In this document: in pieces, positions 29,682-38,642 of the stretch
Numbering within the stretch: the stretch's first letter is position 1
Layout: every line of letters begins with the position of its first letter
From: Candidatus Multivorans sp.
GTDB lineage: Bacteria; Acidobacteriota; Thermoanaerobaculia; Multivoradales; Multivoraceae
NCBI GenBank assembly: GCA_965247095.1
Contig: OZ251997.1
Location: forward strand, 576,001-640,000
Direction: 5' to 3'
DNA length: 64,000 nucleotides
The notes under the pieces: generated by a model
The model's input: the letters and a program-made list of their open reading frames with translations, nothing else
The model's database searches: none
Told to the model about the DNA's origin: nothing
Position numbers and translations under genes: made by a program

Positions 29682-31508
29682 GTGATGCGGAAAGCGACTG
29701 TCGTTCGGTCCACCGGAGCGCTGAAGCTCCTTCTCTGCCTGGCTCTGCTGGCGGCTGCGTGGTCCGCGCCGACCCTTGCCGCCGAAGGCGACTGGTCGCA
29801 GTGGCGGGGGCCCGCCAGGGACGGATACGCGCCCGTGGCCGGCAACGAGAGGCTCGCCGCGGCGCTTCACGGTCCGCTGCCGGCCTCCCTGCACCAAGTC
29901 TGGAAGCTGGAGGTCGGCCTCGGGCAGTCGGCGCCGATCCTCCACCAGGGCAAGCTCTACATCCACGTCCGGCAGGGTGAAGAGGAGGTCGTCCTGGCGC
30001 TCGACCCGGAGACGGGCGAGGAGATCTGGCGCTACGGGTACCCGGTCGCCTACGTGCCGGTGAATCACGCCTGGGCGTGGGGGCCCGGCCCGAAATCGAC
30101 GCTGACCGCGGTCGGGGACACGCTCTACACCTTCGGCGTCACGGAGAGGCTGCACGCCATCGACGCGGAGCAGGGCGACGTGCTCTGGGACAAGAGCTAC
30201 GACGACATCTACGCGCAGCCCTTTCCGGAGTGCGGCACCAGCGCCTCGCCGCTGGTCGAGGGCGACCTGGTCATCGTCCCGGTCGGCCAGACGTGGCCGG
30301 ATCCGTCGATCGAGAGTCTGGGTGAGATCGTGGCCTACAACCGGCACACAGGCGAGGAGGTATGGCGCACCGAGTATCTGCCGCCGGGCTACGCCTCGCC
30401 GATGGCGTTCACGATCGACGGGGTCCGGCAGCTCGTCACCTCGACCCAGAACCACGTCGTCGGCATTCGCGTCAGCGACGGCAAGACGCTGTGGAAGAAG
30501 GAGCTGCGGATCTTCATGGAGCAGAACATCCCGACGCCGCTCCTGTACGAAGACAACATCCTGATCGGCGGCTACCACTGGGGGAACGCGCTGCTCGATC
30601 CGGAGCCCACCGGCGGCGACGGACTCTGGGATGTCAACAGCGTCTGGGCGACGAAGCGGCACGAGCTCTACATGGATTCGCCCGTGCTCGTCGGCGACTA
30701 CGCCTACTTCCGTTCCCACAAGAGGCTCGGGACTATCGTCTGCGTCGACATGCGGACCGGCCAGCAGTGCTGGCAGGGTCCGCCCCAGGTGGCGCGGTAC
30801 GCGGCCTTCGTCGTCGTCGGCGAGGACCGGCTCCTGGTGCTGACCGACAACGGCGAGATCAAGGTGGTGGCGGCCGATCCCTCCGAGTACCAGGAGCTCG
30901 CCTCCTGGGACGTCGCCGACACTCCCGTCTTCACCCATCTGACGGTCGCCGGGTCGCGGATGTACGTCAAGGACGAGGCGCACCTTGCGGTGTTCGAGAT
31001 CGCCCCCGACCAGGTGACGGACGCCGCGGAGAGCCCGGCCGGCGACGTGGTCGCGGACTGGACGCCGACCCCGGAAGACGAGGCGGCGGTGCTCGAGGTG
31101 GTCAACAAGGTGCTCGATACGCAGAGGGCTGCGACGACCTGGGAACAGGTCGAGGAGCACCTGAGCTACTGGTCCGAGGACTTCAGCGACTATTCCGGTC
31201 AGACGAAGGCCGACTGGATCGCGATGTACCGGAACGTCTTCAACAGGGCCGGCAGGATCGGGCCTCCGACGGGCTACGACAAGCAGTCGATGTACCTGGA
31301 GTGGCTCGGCGATACGGCGATGGTCCGCGGCATCTTCATCGACTTCCGGCCGCGCCGCCAGGCGATCATGGAGCAGTTCTACGCCGTCGAGAAGTACGGC
31401 GACCGCTGGCTGGTCACCGGCACGGACAACCGTCCCATCTGGGAGCGATGGGCCGAGGACGGGGAGTACAAGAGCACCTTCTTCGGCGAGGAGACGAAGG
31501 ATCAGTAG
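29682..31508 (+). CDS. Secreted PQQ-like beta-propeller with C-terminal NTF2/SnoaL-like domain, copy 2
   Basis: Paralog of 24811-26667; same AGGAGATCAT RBS context. Confidence 0.78.
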   Translation: MMRKATVVRSTGALKLLLCLALLAAAWSAPTLAAEGDWSQWRGPARDGYAPVAGNERLAAALHGPLPASLHQVWKLEVGLGQSAPILHQGKLYIHVRQGEEEVVLALDPETGEEIWRYGYPVAYVPVNHAWAWGPGPKSTLTAVGDTLYTFGVTERLHAIDAEQGDVLWDKSYDDIYAQPFPECGTSASPLVEGDLVIVPVGQTWPDPSIESLGEIVAYNRHTGEEVWRTEYLPPGYASPMAFTIDGVRQLVTSTQNHVVGIRVSDGKTLWKKELRIFMEQNIPTPLLYEDNILIGGYHWGNALLDPEPTGGDGLWDVNSVWATKRHELYMDSPVLVGDYAYFRSHKRLGTIVCVDMRTGQQCWQGPPQVARYAAFVVVGEDRLLVLTDNGEIKVVAADPSEYQELASWDVADTPVFTHLTVAGSRMYVKDEAHLAVFEIAPDQVTDAAESPAGDVVADWTPTPEDEAAVLEVVNKVLDTQRAATTWEQVEEHLSYWSEDFSDYSGQTKADWIAMYRNVFNRAGRIGPPTGYDKQSMYLEWLGDTAMVRGIFIDFRPRRQAIMEQFYAVEKYGDRWLVTGTDNRPIWERWAEDGEYKSTFFGEETKDQ

Positions 31509-31522
31509 GGTCCTCGGTCGAT

Positions 31523-31618
31523 CCTGGGAACCCGGGTGGCGCGTCCCGCGCCACCCGCGAACCATCCGAGCGCCCGTCATCGGGCGCACGGATGGCACGC
31601 GGGCATCTTGCCCGCATC
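31523..31618 (+). repeat. Long three-hairpin REP-like element, intergenic copy
   Basis: CCTGGGAAC + 2 hairpins + GCGGGCATCTTGCCCGCATC; near copy at 49840-49937 (minus). Confidence 0.88.
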
Positions 31619-31802
31619 TGGACCGGCAACGGGGCTGGATCGTGGAGCGAGCCGGCGCGGCGTAGTCGCCACTCGTCAGGCTCCTTGTGCTGGTAGTCTC
31701 CAAACGCAGCGAACGCTCCCGCCCACCCTGGGCGCGCTCCCTGACCGGCGATTCCAGCTCGTTCTTCCGGCCTCAGTCGCCCTTCCGAGAGGTCACTCCG
31801 CC

Positions 31803-32423
31803 ATGTCAATTCCCCCCGAACTCCAGGCCCGCATTCAGGGCATCGTCGACTCCTCTCCGTGTGTCCTGTTCATGAAGGGCAACCCGGTCGCTCCGCAGTG
31901 CGGGTTCTCGGCTCAGGTCGTGCAGGTGCTGAACCGCCTGCTCCCGGAGTACCAGACCTTCGACGTGCTGTCGGACGCGGAGGTCCGCGACGGCGTCAAG
32001 GAGTTCTCCGACTGGCCGACGATCCCCCAGCTCTACGTCGGCGGCGAGTTCATGGGGGGCTGCGACATCGTCAAGGAGATGTACGACAGCGGCGAGCTCC
32101 ACGATGCACTGGGAATGGAGCGTCCCGCGCTGACGGCCGATCAGGTCAAGATCAAGCTAGGCGCCGATGCGGAACAGATCCTGCGCGACGCTCAGCAGCA
32201 GCAGCAGGCGGAGCTCCACTTCGGCATCGACGCGAAGTTCCAGCCCTTCCTCGGCTTCGGCCCGCCGACGGGATCGGAGCTCCGGGTTCCGGTCGGGGAT
32301 CTGTACTTCCTGCTCGATCAGGACAGCGCGGCGCGGGCCCAGGGCGCCTCGATCACCGTCGTAGACAGCGAGCACGGCCAGCGCCTCGATGTCGACATCC
32401 CGGCTGCCCGCACCGCCGGCTGA
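31803..32423 (+). CDS. grxD: Monothiol glutaredoxin (CGFS) with C-terminal HesB/IscA-like extension
   Basis: LFMKG..PQCGFS, WPTIPQLYVGGEFMGGCDI; ATG 31803. Confidence 0.88.
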   Translation: MSIPPELQARIQGIVDSSPCVLFMKGNPVAPQCGFSAQVVQVLNRLLPEYQTFDVLSDAEVRDGVKEFSDWPTIPQLYVGGEFMGGCDIVKEMYDSGELHDALGMERPALTADQVKIKLGADAEQILRDAQQQQQAELHFGIDAKFQPFLGFGPPTGSELRVPVGDLYFLLDQDSAARAQGASITVVDSEHGQRLDVDIPAARTAG

Positions 32424-32456
32424 TCGTTTCGGCGTCTGAACGGAACGTCGACTGGA

Positions 32457-32708
32457 ATGGAGATCCCACAGGAGACGGCGGAACGCATTCGGGAGGCGGT
32501 GGCGGCGGCGCTGCCGGGCGCCCGGATCGAGGTGATGGGCGAGGGCAGCCACTTCAGCCTGCGGGTGGAGTCCGCCGCTTTCGCCGGCCAGGGCCGGCTG
32601 GCCCGTCAGCGGCTTGTATTGCGGGCTGTCGCCCCGCTGATGAAGGGCGACGGCGCGCCCGTCCATGCGATCGACCGGCTCGAGACGGTGCTGCCGGCCG
32701 CGGAGTAG
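32457..32708 (+). CDS. BolA/IbaG family protein
   Basis: HFSLRVESAAFAG..RLARQRLV...VHAI; adjacent to a CGFS glutaredoxin. Confidence 0.88.
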   Translation: MEIPQETAERIREAVAAALPGARIEVMGEGSHFSLRVESAAFAGQGRLARQRLVLRAVAPLMKGDGAPVHAIDRLETVLPAAE

Positions 32709-32726
32709 CGCGGCAGAAAGATCTGA

Positions 32727-32772
32727 CCTGGGAACGCGGGCATCCTGCCCGCATCCGGCGCGAAGCGCCGGC
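32727..32772 (+). repeat. Short REP-like element (46 bp)
   Basis: CCTGGGAACGCGGGCATCCTGCCCGCATCCGGCGCGAAGCGCCGGC; 45/46 identical to 40480-40525 (minus). Confidence 0.9.
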
Positions 32773-32887
32773 CTCCGGTCGTCCAGCCGCGGCAGCCGTC
32801 CCGATTTGAACCGGCTCGGCCCGGCGTGGTACATTCGCGGAAGATTCTGAACCGCCAACCAGCAACCCTGGACCCGGGAGGACGCTC

Positions 32888-34240
32888 GTGATCTCTAACC
32901 TCGTGATTCCCAACCGTTGGCGCTTCTGCGCTCTTGTCGCCGTGCTGCTTGTCGCTGCCGCTCCGGCTTTCGCCGCCGGCCTCAACGAGGTCGACCGCGC
33001 GAAGGACGAGGTCACGTTCCATGAGGATGTCGAGCCGATCCTGCAGCGGTCCTGCCAGGGCTGCCACCGGCCCGAGGGCGTTGCCTACGGCGGCATGATC
33101 GCGCCGATGGCGCTGACCACCTTCGAGGAGGCCCGGCCCTGGGCCCGGAGCATCGCCCGCCAGGTGGAGGCGAAGCGGATGCCGCCCTGGTTCGCGAGCG
33201 AGGAGACCCACGGCCAGTTCACGAACGAGCGCGTCCTGAGCGAGGAAGAGGTCGACACCATCGTCCGCTGGGCCAGCACCGGCGCCCGCCGCGGCGATCC
33301 GGCGAAGGCGCCGGCGCCGGTCGAGTGGCCGACCGGATGGCTGATCGGCGAACCGGACCTGGTGCTCGATCTGGCCGAGCCGTTCTGGGTCGACGACAAC
33401 GTGAAGGATGTGAACATCAGCCTCAAGGCCGAGATGATCACCAAGGAGATGCTGCCCGAGCCGCGCTGGATCAAGGCGATCGAGTTTCGCGCCGGCAGCG
33501 ACGTGGTTCACCACGTCGTCGGTTCCCGGATTGCCGTCGAGACCGAGACGCCCGGCGCCTCGGGCCTGATCGGGGGCATCGCACCCGGCACCGAGCCCTT
33601 CCAGCTTCCCGACGGGGCCGGCCGCCTGCTGATGCCGGGCACGCAGCTCTACTTCTCGATGCACTACAACAAGGAGCCGGGTGTGGACACCGGCGTCTGG
33701 GATCGCTCTCAGATGGCTTTCAAGTTCCACCCCAAGGACGCCAAGATCGACCGCGTCGCCAAGTGGGAAGGCGTCGGCAACAGCGACTTCGAGATCCCGC
33801 CGGGCCACGAGAACTGGGTGATCGGCGCCTCCAAGGTCTTCGAGTACCCGACCACGATCTACGGCTACCTGCCGCACTCCCATCTGCGTGGTCTGGACGC
33901 GAAGTACACCGCCTACTATCCCGACGGCACTGAGGAGGCCCTGCTCGATGTTCCGGCCTACGACTGGAACTGGCAGGCGAACTACACCTACAAGGAGCCC
34001 AAGCAGATTCCGGCCGGCACCCGCATCGACGTGCTGATGACCTACGTCAACACCGAGGAGCGGAACGAGGCCACTGTCCTGGAGCTCGACACCACCCGCG
34101 CCATCCGCTTCGGCGGCCCGACCACCGACGAGATGATGATCGGTTTCATCGACTACTCGGAGGATCGAGGCGACCAGCAGGTCACCGAGGCTGAGGACGC
34201 CCCGGCCACTGCGACGCCGGCTGCCGGCGCCGGCCAGTAG
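32888..34240 (+). CDS. Secreted haem c + copper type II (PHM/DBH-like) monooxygenase-domain protein
   Basis: Signal peptide, CQGCH, RMPPW, VVHH, MHY, PHSHLRG, YDWNWQ, TDEMM. Confidence 0.72.
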   Translation: MISNLVIPNRWRFCALVAVLLVAAAPAFAAGLNEVDRAKDEVTFHEDVEPILQRSCQGCHRPEGVAYGGMIAPMALTTFEEARPWARSIARQVEAKRMPPWFASEETHGQFTNERVLSEEEVDTIVRWASTGARRGDPAKAPAPVEWPTGWLIGEPDLVLDLAEPFWVDDNVKDVNISLKAEMITKEMLPEPRWIKAIEFRAGSDVVHHVVGSRIAVETETPGASGLIGGIAPGTEPFQLPDGAGRLLMPGTQLYFSMHYNKEPGVDTGVWDRSQMAFKFHPKDAKIDRVAKWEGVGNSDFEIPPGHENWVIGASKVFEYPTTIYGYLPHSHLRGLDAKYTAYYPDGTEEALLDVPAYDWNWQANYTYKEPKQIPAGTRIDVLMTYVNTEERNEATVLELDTTRAIRFGGPTTDEMMIGFIDYSEDRGDQQVTEAEDAPATATPAAGAGQ

Positions 34241-34244
34241 CGCG

Positions 34245-34269
34245 CGCGGGCGTCTCGCCCGCATCCGAG
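34245..34269 (+). repeat. Partial REP-like hairpin
   Basis: CGCGGGCGTCTCGCCCGCATCCGAG; nearly identical to the 3' end of the sucB-internal copy. Confidence 0.8.
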
Positions 34270-34275
34270 GACTTG

Positions 34276-35268
34276 ATGGCACTCCGGTCCGCGATGACCA
34301 CTGAAGGACTCTGCGGCACCGTCGATCTTGGGGGTTCCCACATCGGGCTGGCGCTGGGGTCCGTCGACCTGGCGGCGGGCGAGTACCACTTGGTCGCGCG
34401 GAGGAACCTCGAAGGCGGCGGCTATGACGGGTGGCGCCCGGTGCTTGACCGGATCGCCGAAGGCCTCCTCGAACTGGAGCGCGAGGTGGGCGAACGCCCT
34501 TCCGCGGTCGGCGTCGGTTGCCCGGGCTGGGTCGACGTGGAGGCGGGCGAGACGCGATTCCTGCCCAACCTGCCGACCCAATGGCGGAACGTGCCGGTCG
34601 CGCGGATTCTCGGCGACCGGCTGGGGACGCGCGTCCATCTGCTCAACGATGTGCGCGCGGCAACGCTGGGCGAGTTCACGCTCGGCGCCGGTCGCGGCGC
34701 CTCGACGATGGCGCTGTTTGCGCTCGGCACCGGAATCGGCGGCGGCGTCGTGGTCGACGGCCGGTTGCGGCTGGGGCCTCTCGGTTCAGCCGGAGAACTC
34801 GGTCACCAGACCGTCGACCCCAACGGACCGCTGTGCGGCTGTGGCAACCGGGGTTGCCTGGAAGCGGTGGCGAGCGGTCCGGCGATCGCCGCGGCGGGTG
34901 TCCGGCTCCTGCGCTCCGGTCAGGCGCCGCTGCTGTTCGAAGGGACCGAAGGCGACGCCGGGCGCGTGACGGCCGAAACGATGGGCGAGGCGGCAAGGGC
35001 CGGCGACGAGGCAGTGCTGCGGGAGCTGGAGCGGATCGCCGGCCTGATCGGCGTCGCCGCCGCCAATGTCGTCGTGGCGCTCCATCCGGAACTCGTGCTG
35101 CTCGGCGGCGGCGTTGCCGGCCTCGGCGACGTGCTGTTCGACGGCGTCCGCCGGGAGCTAGCCGAGCGCGTGCGCGTGTTTCCGATCGACGACGTACGCG
35201 TCGAGCCCACGGCGCTCGGCGCCGACTCGGGTCTCGCCGGCGCGCTGGTGTGGGCCGCCTCTGCTTGA
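34276..35268 (+). CDS. ROK-family sugar kinase
   Basis: DLGGS, NDVRAA..GE, GTGIGGG, GELGH, CGCGNRGCLEA; start uncertain. Confidence 0.9.
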   Translation: MALRSAMTTEGLCGTVDLGGSHIGLALGSVDLAAGEYHLVARRNLEGGGYDGWRPVLDRIAEGLLELEREVGERPSAVGVGCPGWVDVEAGETRFLPNLPTQWRNVPVARILGDRLGTRVHLLNDVRAATLGEFTLGAGRGASTMALFALGTGIGGGVVVDGRLRLGPLGSAGELGHQTVDPNGPLCGCGNRGCLEAVASGPAIAAAGVRLLRSGQAPLLFEGTEGDAGRVTAETMGEAARAGDEAVLRELERIAGLIGVAAANVVVALHPELVLLGGGVAGLGDVLFDGVRRELAERVRVFPIDDVRVEPTALGADSGLAGALVWAASA

Positions 35269-35325
35269 GGAAGCCGGTAGCCCTGCGCCCCGGTCAGCCA
35301 TCGTCCTGGCCTTTGCGCTCGGTGG

Positions 35326-35618
35326 TCAGACGCGCCGGCGCCATGTCCTCGGATCCCGGGATTGGTGCAGAACGGCGTTTCGATCCAGTGGGGAAGGACC
35401 CGGTAGAAGACCGAGAACGGGAACTTCCGCACCGGTGCGCGACGAACCGTTGGCTCCACGGCCTGGTACAGGTCAGGTCGCTCCGAAATGCGGCCAAAGG
35501 CGGTGTCGACCTCTTCTTCGAACGACGCCAACACGTGCGGAGCCTCGTCGAGATACCAGCGTTCGGCGAGCGCCAGATCCTGCACTGCGGCAGACGTCAG
35601 GCGGACAGCAAGGTTCAC
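35326..35618 (-). pseudogene. RelE/ParE toxin, frameshifted
   Basis: MNLAVRLTSAAVQDL..RRAPVRKFPFSVFYRV..WIE; the tail AVLHQSRDPRTWRRRV* is in another frame (shift at ~35376-35380); GTG overlaps the antitoxin stop. Confidence 0.8.
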
Positions 35619-35845
35619 GCCCTGTCGGCGAAGATTCGCCGGCGGACCGCTTCCCAAGGCACCGAACGCTCCTCCGGCGGGATGTCCTCCAGAGCCGCCA
35701 GGCGGTTACGAATCAGGTCCCGCTGCCACTCGGGGACCGGAATCTCGCCGGGCGTCAGACTGTCCCAGAGCTCGACCACGAGTTCGATGCGCTCCCGCGC
35801 CGGAAGGTTGAGCGCCTCTTTCTGGATCTGGGACTTGGCCAGCAT
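35615..35845 (-). CDS. Addiction-module antitoxin (TIGR02574-like)
   Basis: ALNLPARERIELVVELWDSL..PEWQ..VPWEAVRRRI, upstream of ParE. Confidence 0.85.
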   Translation of the reverse strand: MLAKSQIQKEALNLPARERIELVVELWDSLTPGEIPVPEWQRDLIRNRLAALEDIPPEERSVPWEAVRRRIFADRA

Positions 35846-35877
35846 GGCTTGAGCATATCGGTTTGGAGTTGCCCCGG

Positions 35878-35997
35878 TTTCCCCTTCGGACATACCCGCC
35901 GCCAGGTAGTCCAGCACGTCGGACACCGTCACCCGCAGTCGCACCACACAGGATCCCGCACCTCGCCGCCGAGCCAGGGGGCGATCACGTTGTAGTC
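35878..35997 (-). pseudogene. Degenerate DUF433 fragment
   Basis: LRVTVSDVLDYLAAGMSEGE matches the DUF433 core; N- and C-termini are missing. Confidence 0.65.
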
Positions 35998-36012
35998 GGG
36001 ACCCGCACTCGT

Positions 36013-38637
36013 TCATGCGGCTGGCCGGTTCTCGGTTCGGGCTGCAGTGGCGGTAGCGGTGGCCACATGTCGTCGTCGACGTCGCAGGAGGAGCTCGGCC
36101 AGGAACAGTAGCGTGGCCGCGGTGGCAAGGGCGGACCAAAGCTCGAAGCGGCGGGTCGCGCTGGAGGCGCCGGGGGCGGCAATCGCGGCGACGGCGCCGC
36201 CTACGGTCTCGTGGAACAGGCCGCCGGTGGCGGTGGCGAGTTCGGCGAGGGCGGCAAGGTCGGGGGCGCCGGGGCGCAGCTCGTCGCGGGCGGGGAAGAA
36301 GATGGTGCGGCCGGGTCCGACGCTCGCCTCGGCGCCCGGTGCTCCGGTGTGGACCTCGACGCGGTAGGGCTCGATGCTTGGCGCGAGTTGCAGGCCCTCT
36401 TCGGGCGACAGACGGTAGAGACCGGGACCGGTGCGCTGCATCGGCGCTTCGAGGCGGCGCTCGCCGCGGAGCACGACGAGCCGGGGGGAGAGGTCGCTGG
36501 CGAAGCGCCCGCCGTCCTCGATCACGCTGAGTTCCGCTTCGAGGACCTCATCCCGGCGGTCGAGGCGCATTTCCCACTCGGCGCTGGCGCGCCGGTCGGC
36601 GGCGTCGCGGACGACCTGGGCGACGAGGCGGGGCAGCTCGGGCCAGCGCAGCCAGTCGCTCGCCCAGCGGGGCTGGAGGTCGGAGGTGAACATCCAGGTC
36701 TTGCCCAGGCCGACGTAGCGGCTGGCCAGGATCGGGTCGCCTCCGTCACGGGTCTCCGCGCCGGCGCCGAGGATGACCTCCGCGCTGTCCTTGGCCACCG
36801 CGGCAATGCGGCCGTAGAGCTGAGGCGCTGTGGCAATGTCGACACCGCTAAGCGCTTCGGACTGGCCGCGCTGCTCGACCCGGATCTCCTCTTCCCGGGT
36901 CGAGTCGGGGAGTTGACTCATCGTCTCGTCGATCAGGATGCTCTGCACGGACGAGGGATCCTCGATCGTGTAGGCGTTGCCGTCGCCCCAGTCGGCGATG
37001 TCCGCGAGCAGCTCGCGGTCGGACTCAACGCCGATGGCGACGGTGGAGACGGTGATCTCTTCCTGCCGCATGCGGCGCACCAGGCGCTCGTACTCGTCCG
37101 GGTAGGTGCGGCCGTCCGAGACCAGGATCACGTGTTTGACCTCGGACTGAACCTCCGAGAGCTGATCCAGGCAGGCCTCGAGCGCGGGATAAAAATTGGT
37201 CTGGGCGCTGGCCTCGATGCGGTCGACGCGGTCCGCGAGCCGCCCCTGTTCGCGCACGAACTGTAGGGGGACGATCTCGTGGGTGTGCCAGTCGAAGGCG
37301 ACCAGACCGAAGCGGTGTTGCTCGTTCAGCATGCCGAGAGCGGCCTTGGCGGCCTCCTTGGCCAGCTTCATCTTCGGACCCTTCATGCTGTAGGACTTGT
37401 CGAGCGCGATCATCAGTGCGACCTCGCTGCGCTCCTCCTCGATCTCGAAGTCGAGCGGCAGCACGCGTTCGAGCGGTGAGTCCCGGTATCCCTCCTCGCC
37501 GAAGGTCGCCTCGCCGGCCACGAACACCAGGCCGCCGCCCTCGTCCTCGACCCACTCGCCGAGCGCCTGTTGGGCCGGTCCGGGAAGGCTGTCGGCCGCG
37601 ACGTTGCTCAACAGGACTGTGTCGTACCGAAGAAGGGCGCCCGGGTTCAGCGAGGTGCGGTTCGGCGCCCTTCGGGTCACCTGCAGTCCCTGAGCCTCGA
37701 GCAGTCGCTCCAGATCGCCCGAGTGGTCGGCTGGCGCCAGTAGCAGGGTGCGGTGCTTGGGCTCTACGCGGAGACTGCCGCGCCAGACGGCGCCCTGGCT
37801 CGTAGCTTCACCTCCGCCGCTCCCCAGCACGGCCTCGAACGTCTGGAGTCCCGGCTCGGCGAAGGTCCACTCCAGCTCGATCTGCGTGACCCCGGGGGCG
37901 AGCGGGACGGTGTGCAGCTCTTCGGCGCCGCCACCGCGCAGGGTCAGAGGGGCCTCGGGCAGGGACGCGCGGCTGCCGAGGCGGAAGATCCAGTTGTGGG
38001 GCTCCCCGGCGCGCAACGGGCGCTCGTCGTCGTCTGTTTCGACCGACTCGATCCACACCGGTGGCGCCACCCGGTCGAGAACCGCGGTGTCGATGCGGAG
38101 CTCCGGATACTGGGCCGCGGTCCGGGCAGCGATGCCGCCCGCGTTCTGGCCGTCCGAAAGGAGCAGAATGCGGCGGACGCGATCGGCGCGGAGCGCGGCC
38201 GCGGTCTGGCGAAGAGCGGCCTCCGGCCGCGTGCTGCCGCGGTCGAGGGCGGCGTTGCCGGCCGAAGCGGTGCTGGAGTCGGCGACTTCCAGGCGCCGCA
38301 GGTCCTCCGCGCCGCTGGCGGCCGCTGCGCGGTCGGCGAACGCGAACAGCCGCACCGGACCGTCCGGACCCACGCCGCGGTCGATCGCCTGAAGCGCGCG
38401 GTTCAGGCTCGCCGGCGCCACGCTGGCGGAGACATCCACCAGCACGGCGACATCGAGATCACGGCTCCTCCACGTAGCGACCGGTTCCGCGAGCGCCAGC
38501 ACGACCAGCGCCAGCAGCGATCCACGCACCCAGAGCAGTCGCCGTCGCTGACGGTCGGGCCGATCGCTGCGCTGCGACCACAGCAGCACCGCGAGCGGCA
38601 ACGCCGCGAGCAACCAGAACGGCTCGAGCAAGGTCAC
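36013..38637 (-). CDS. Membrane-anchored double-VWA protein with glutamine-amidotransferase-like domain
   Basis: BatA-like N-terminus, DVSASV and DKSYSM MIDAS motifs, LLSDG/LVSDG, YDTVLLSNV, C-terminal TM. Confidence 0.8.
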   Translation of the reverse strand: MTLLEPFWLLAALPLAVLLWSQRSDRPDRQRRRLLWVRGSLLALVVLALAEPVATWRSRDLDVAVLVDVSASVAPASLNRALQAIDRGVGPDGPVRLFAFADRAAAASGAEDLRRLEVADSSTASAGNAALDRGSTRPEAALRQTAAALRADRVRRILLLSDGQNAGGIAARTAAQYPELRIDTAVLDRVAPPVWIESVETDDDERPLRAGEPHNWIFRLGSRASLPEAPLTLRGGGAEELHTVPLAPGVTQIELEWTFAEPGLQTFEAVLGSGGGEATSQGAVWRGSLRVEPKHRTLLLAPADHSGDLERLLEAQGLQVTRRAPNRTSLNPGALLRYDTVLLSNVAADSLPGPAQQALGEWVEDEGGGLVFVAGEATFGEEGYRDSPLERVLPLDFEIEEERSEVALMIALDKSYSMKGPKMKLAKEAAKAALGMLNEQHRFGLVAFDWHTHEIVPLQFVREQGRLADRVDRIEASAQTNFYPALEACLDQLSEVQSEVKHVILVSDGRTYPDEYERLVRRMRQEEITVSTVAIGVESDRELLADIADWGDGNAYTIEDPSSVQSILIDETMSQLPDSTREEEIRVEQRGQSEALSGVDIATAPQLYGRIAAVAKDSAEVILGAGAETRDGGDPILASRYVGLGKTWMFTSDLQPRWASDWLRWPELPRLVAQVVRDAADRRASAEWEMRLDRRDEVLEAELSVIEDGGRFASDLSPRLVVLRGERRLEAPMQRTGPGLYRLSPEEGLQLAPSIEPYRVEVHTGAPGAEASVGPGRTIFFPARDELRPGAPDLAALAELATATGGLFHETVGGAVAAIAAPGASSATRRFELWSALATAATLLFLAELLLRRRRRHVATATATAARTENRPAA

Positions 38638-38642
38638 ACCAT

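Larger units (their letters stand above)
22018..31518 (+). repeat. Tandem duplication of the receptor + propeller module (~4.83 kb period)
   Basis: Both receptors are 2784 bp and highly similar; both modules end CAGTAGGGTCCTCGGTC before diverging. Confidence 0.95.

Noticed and set aside
22018-31508. Diversity-generating retroelement template/variable repeat pair
   Set aside because: Both copies are full genes, the differences are not adenine-specific, and there is no reverse transcriptase
35615-36139. Real DUF433-antitoxin fusion (174 aa)
   Set aside because: The DUF433 part is degenerate, and the antitoxin has its own -10 hexamer and ATG at 35845
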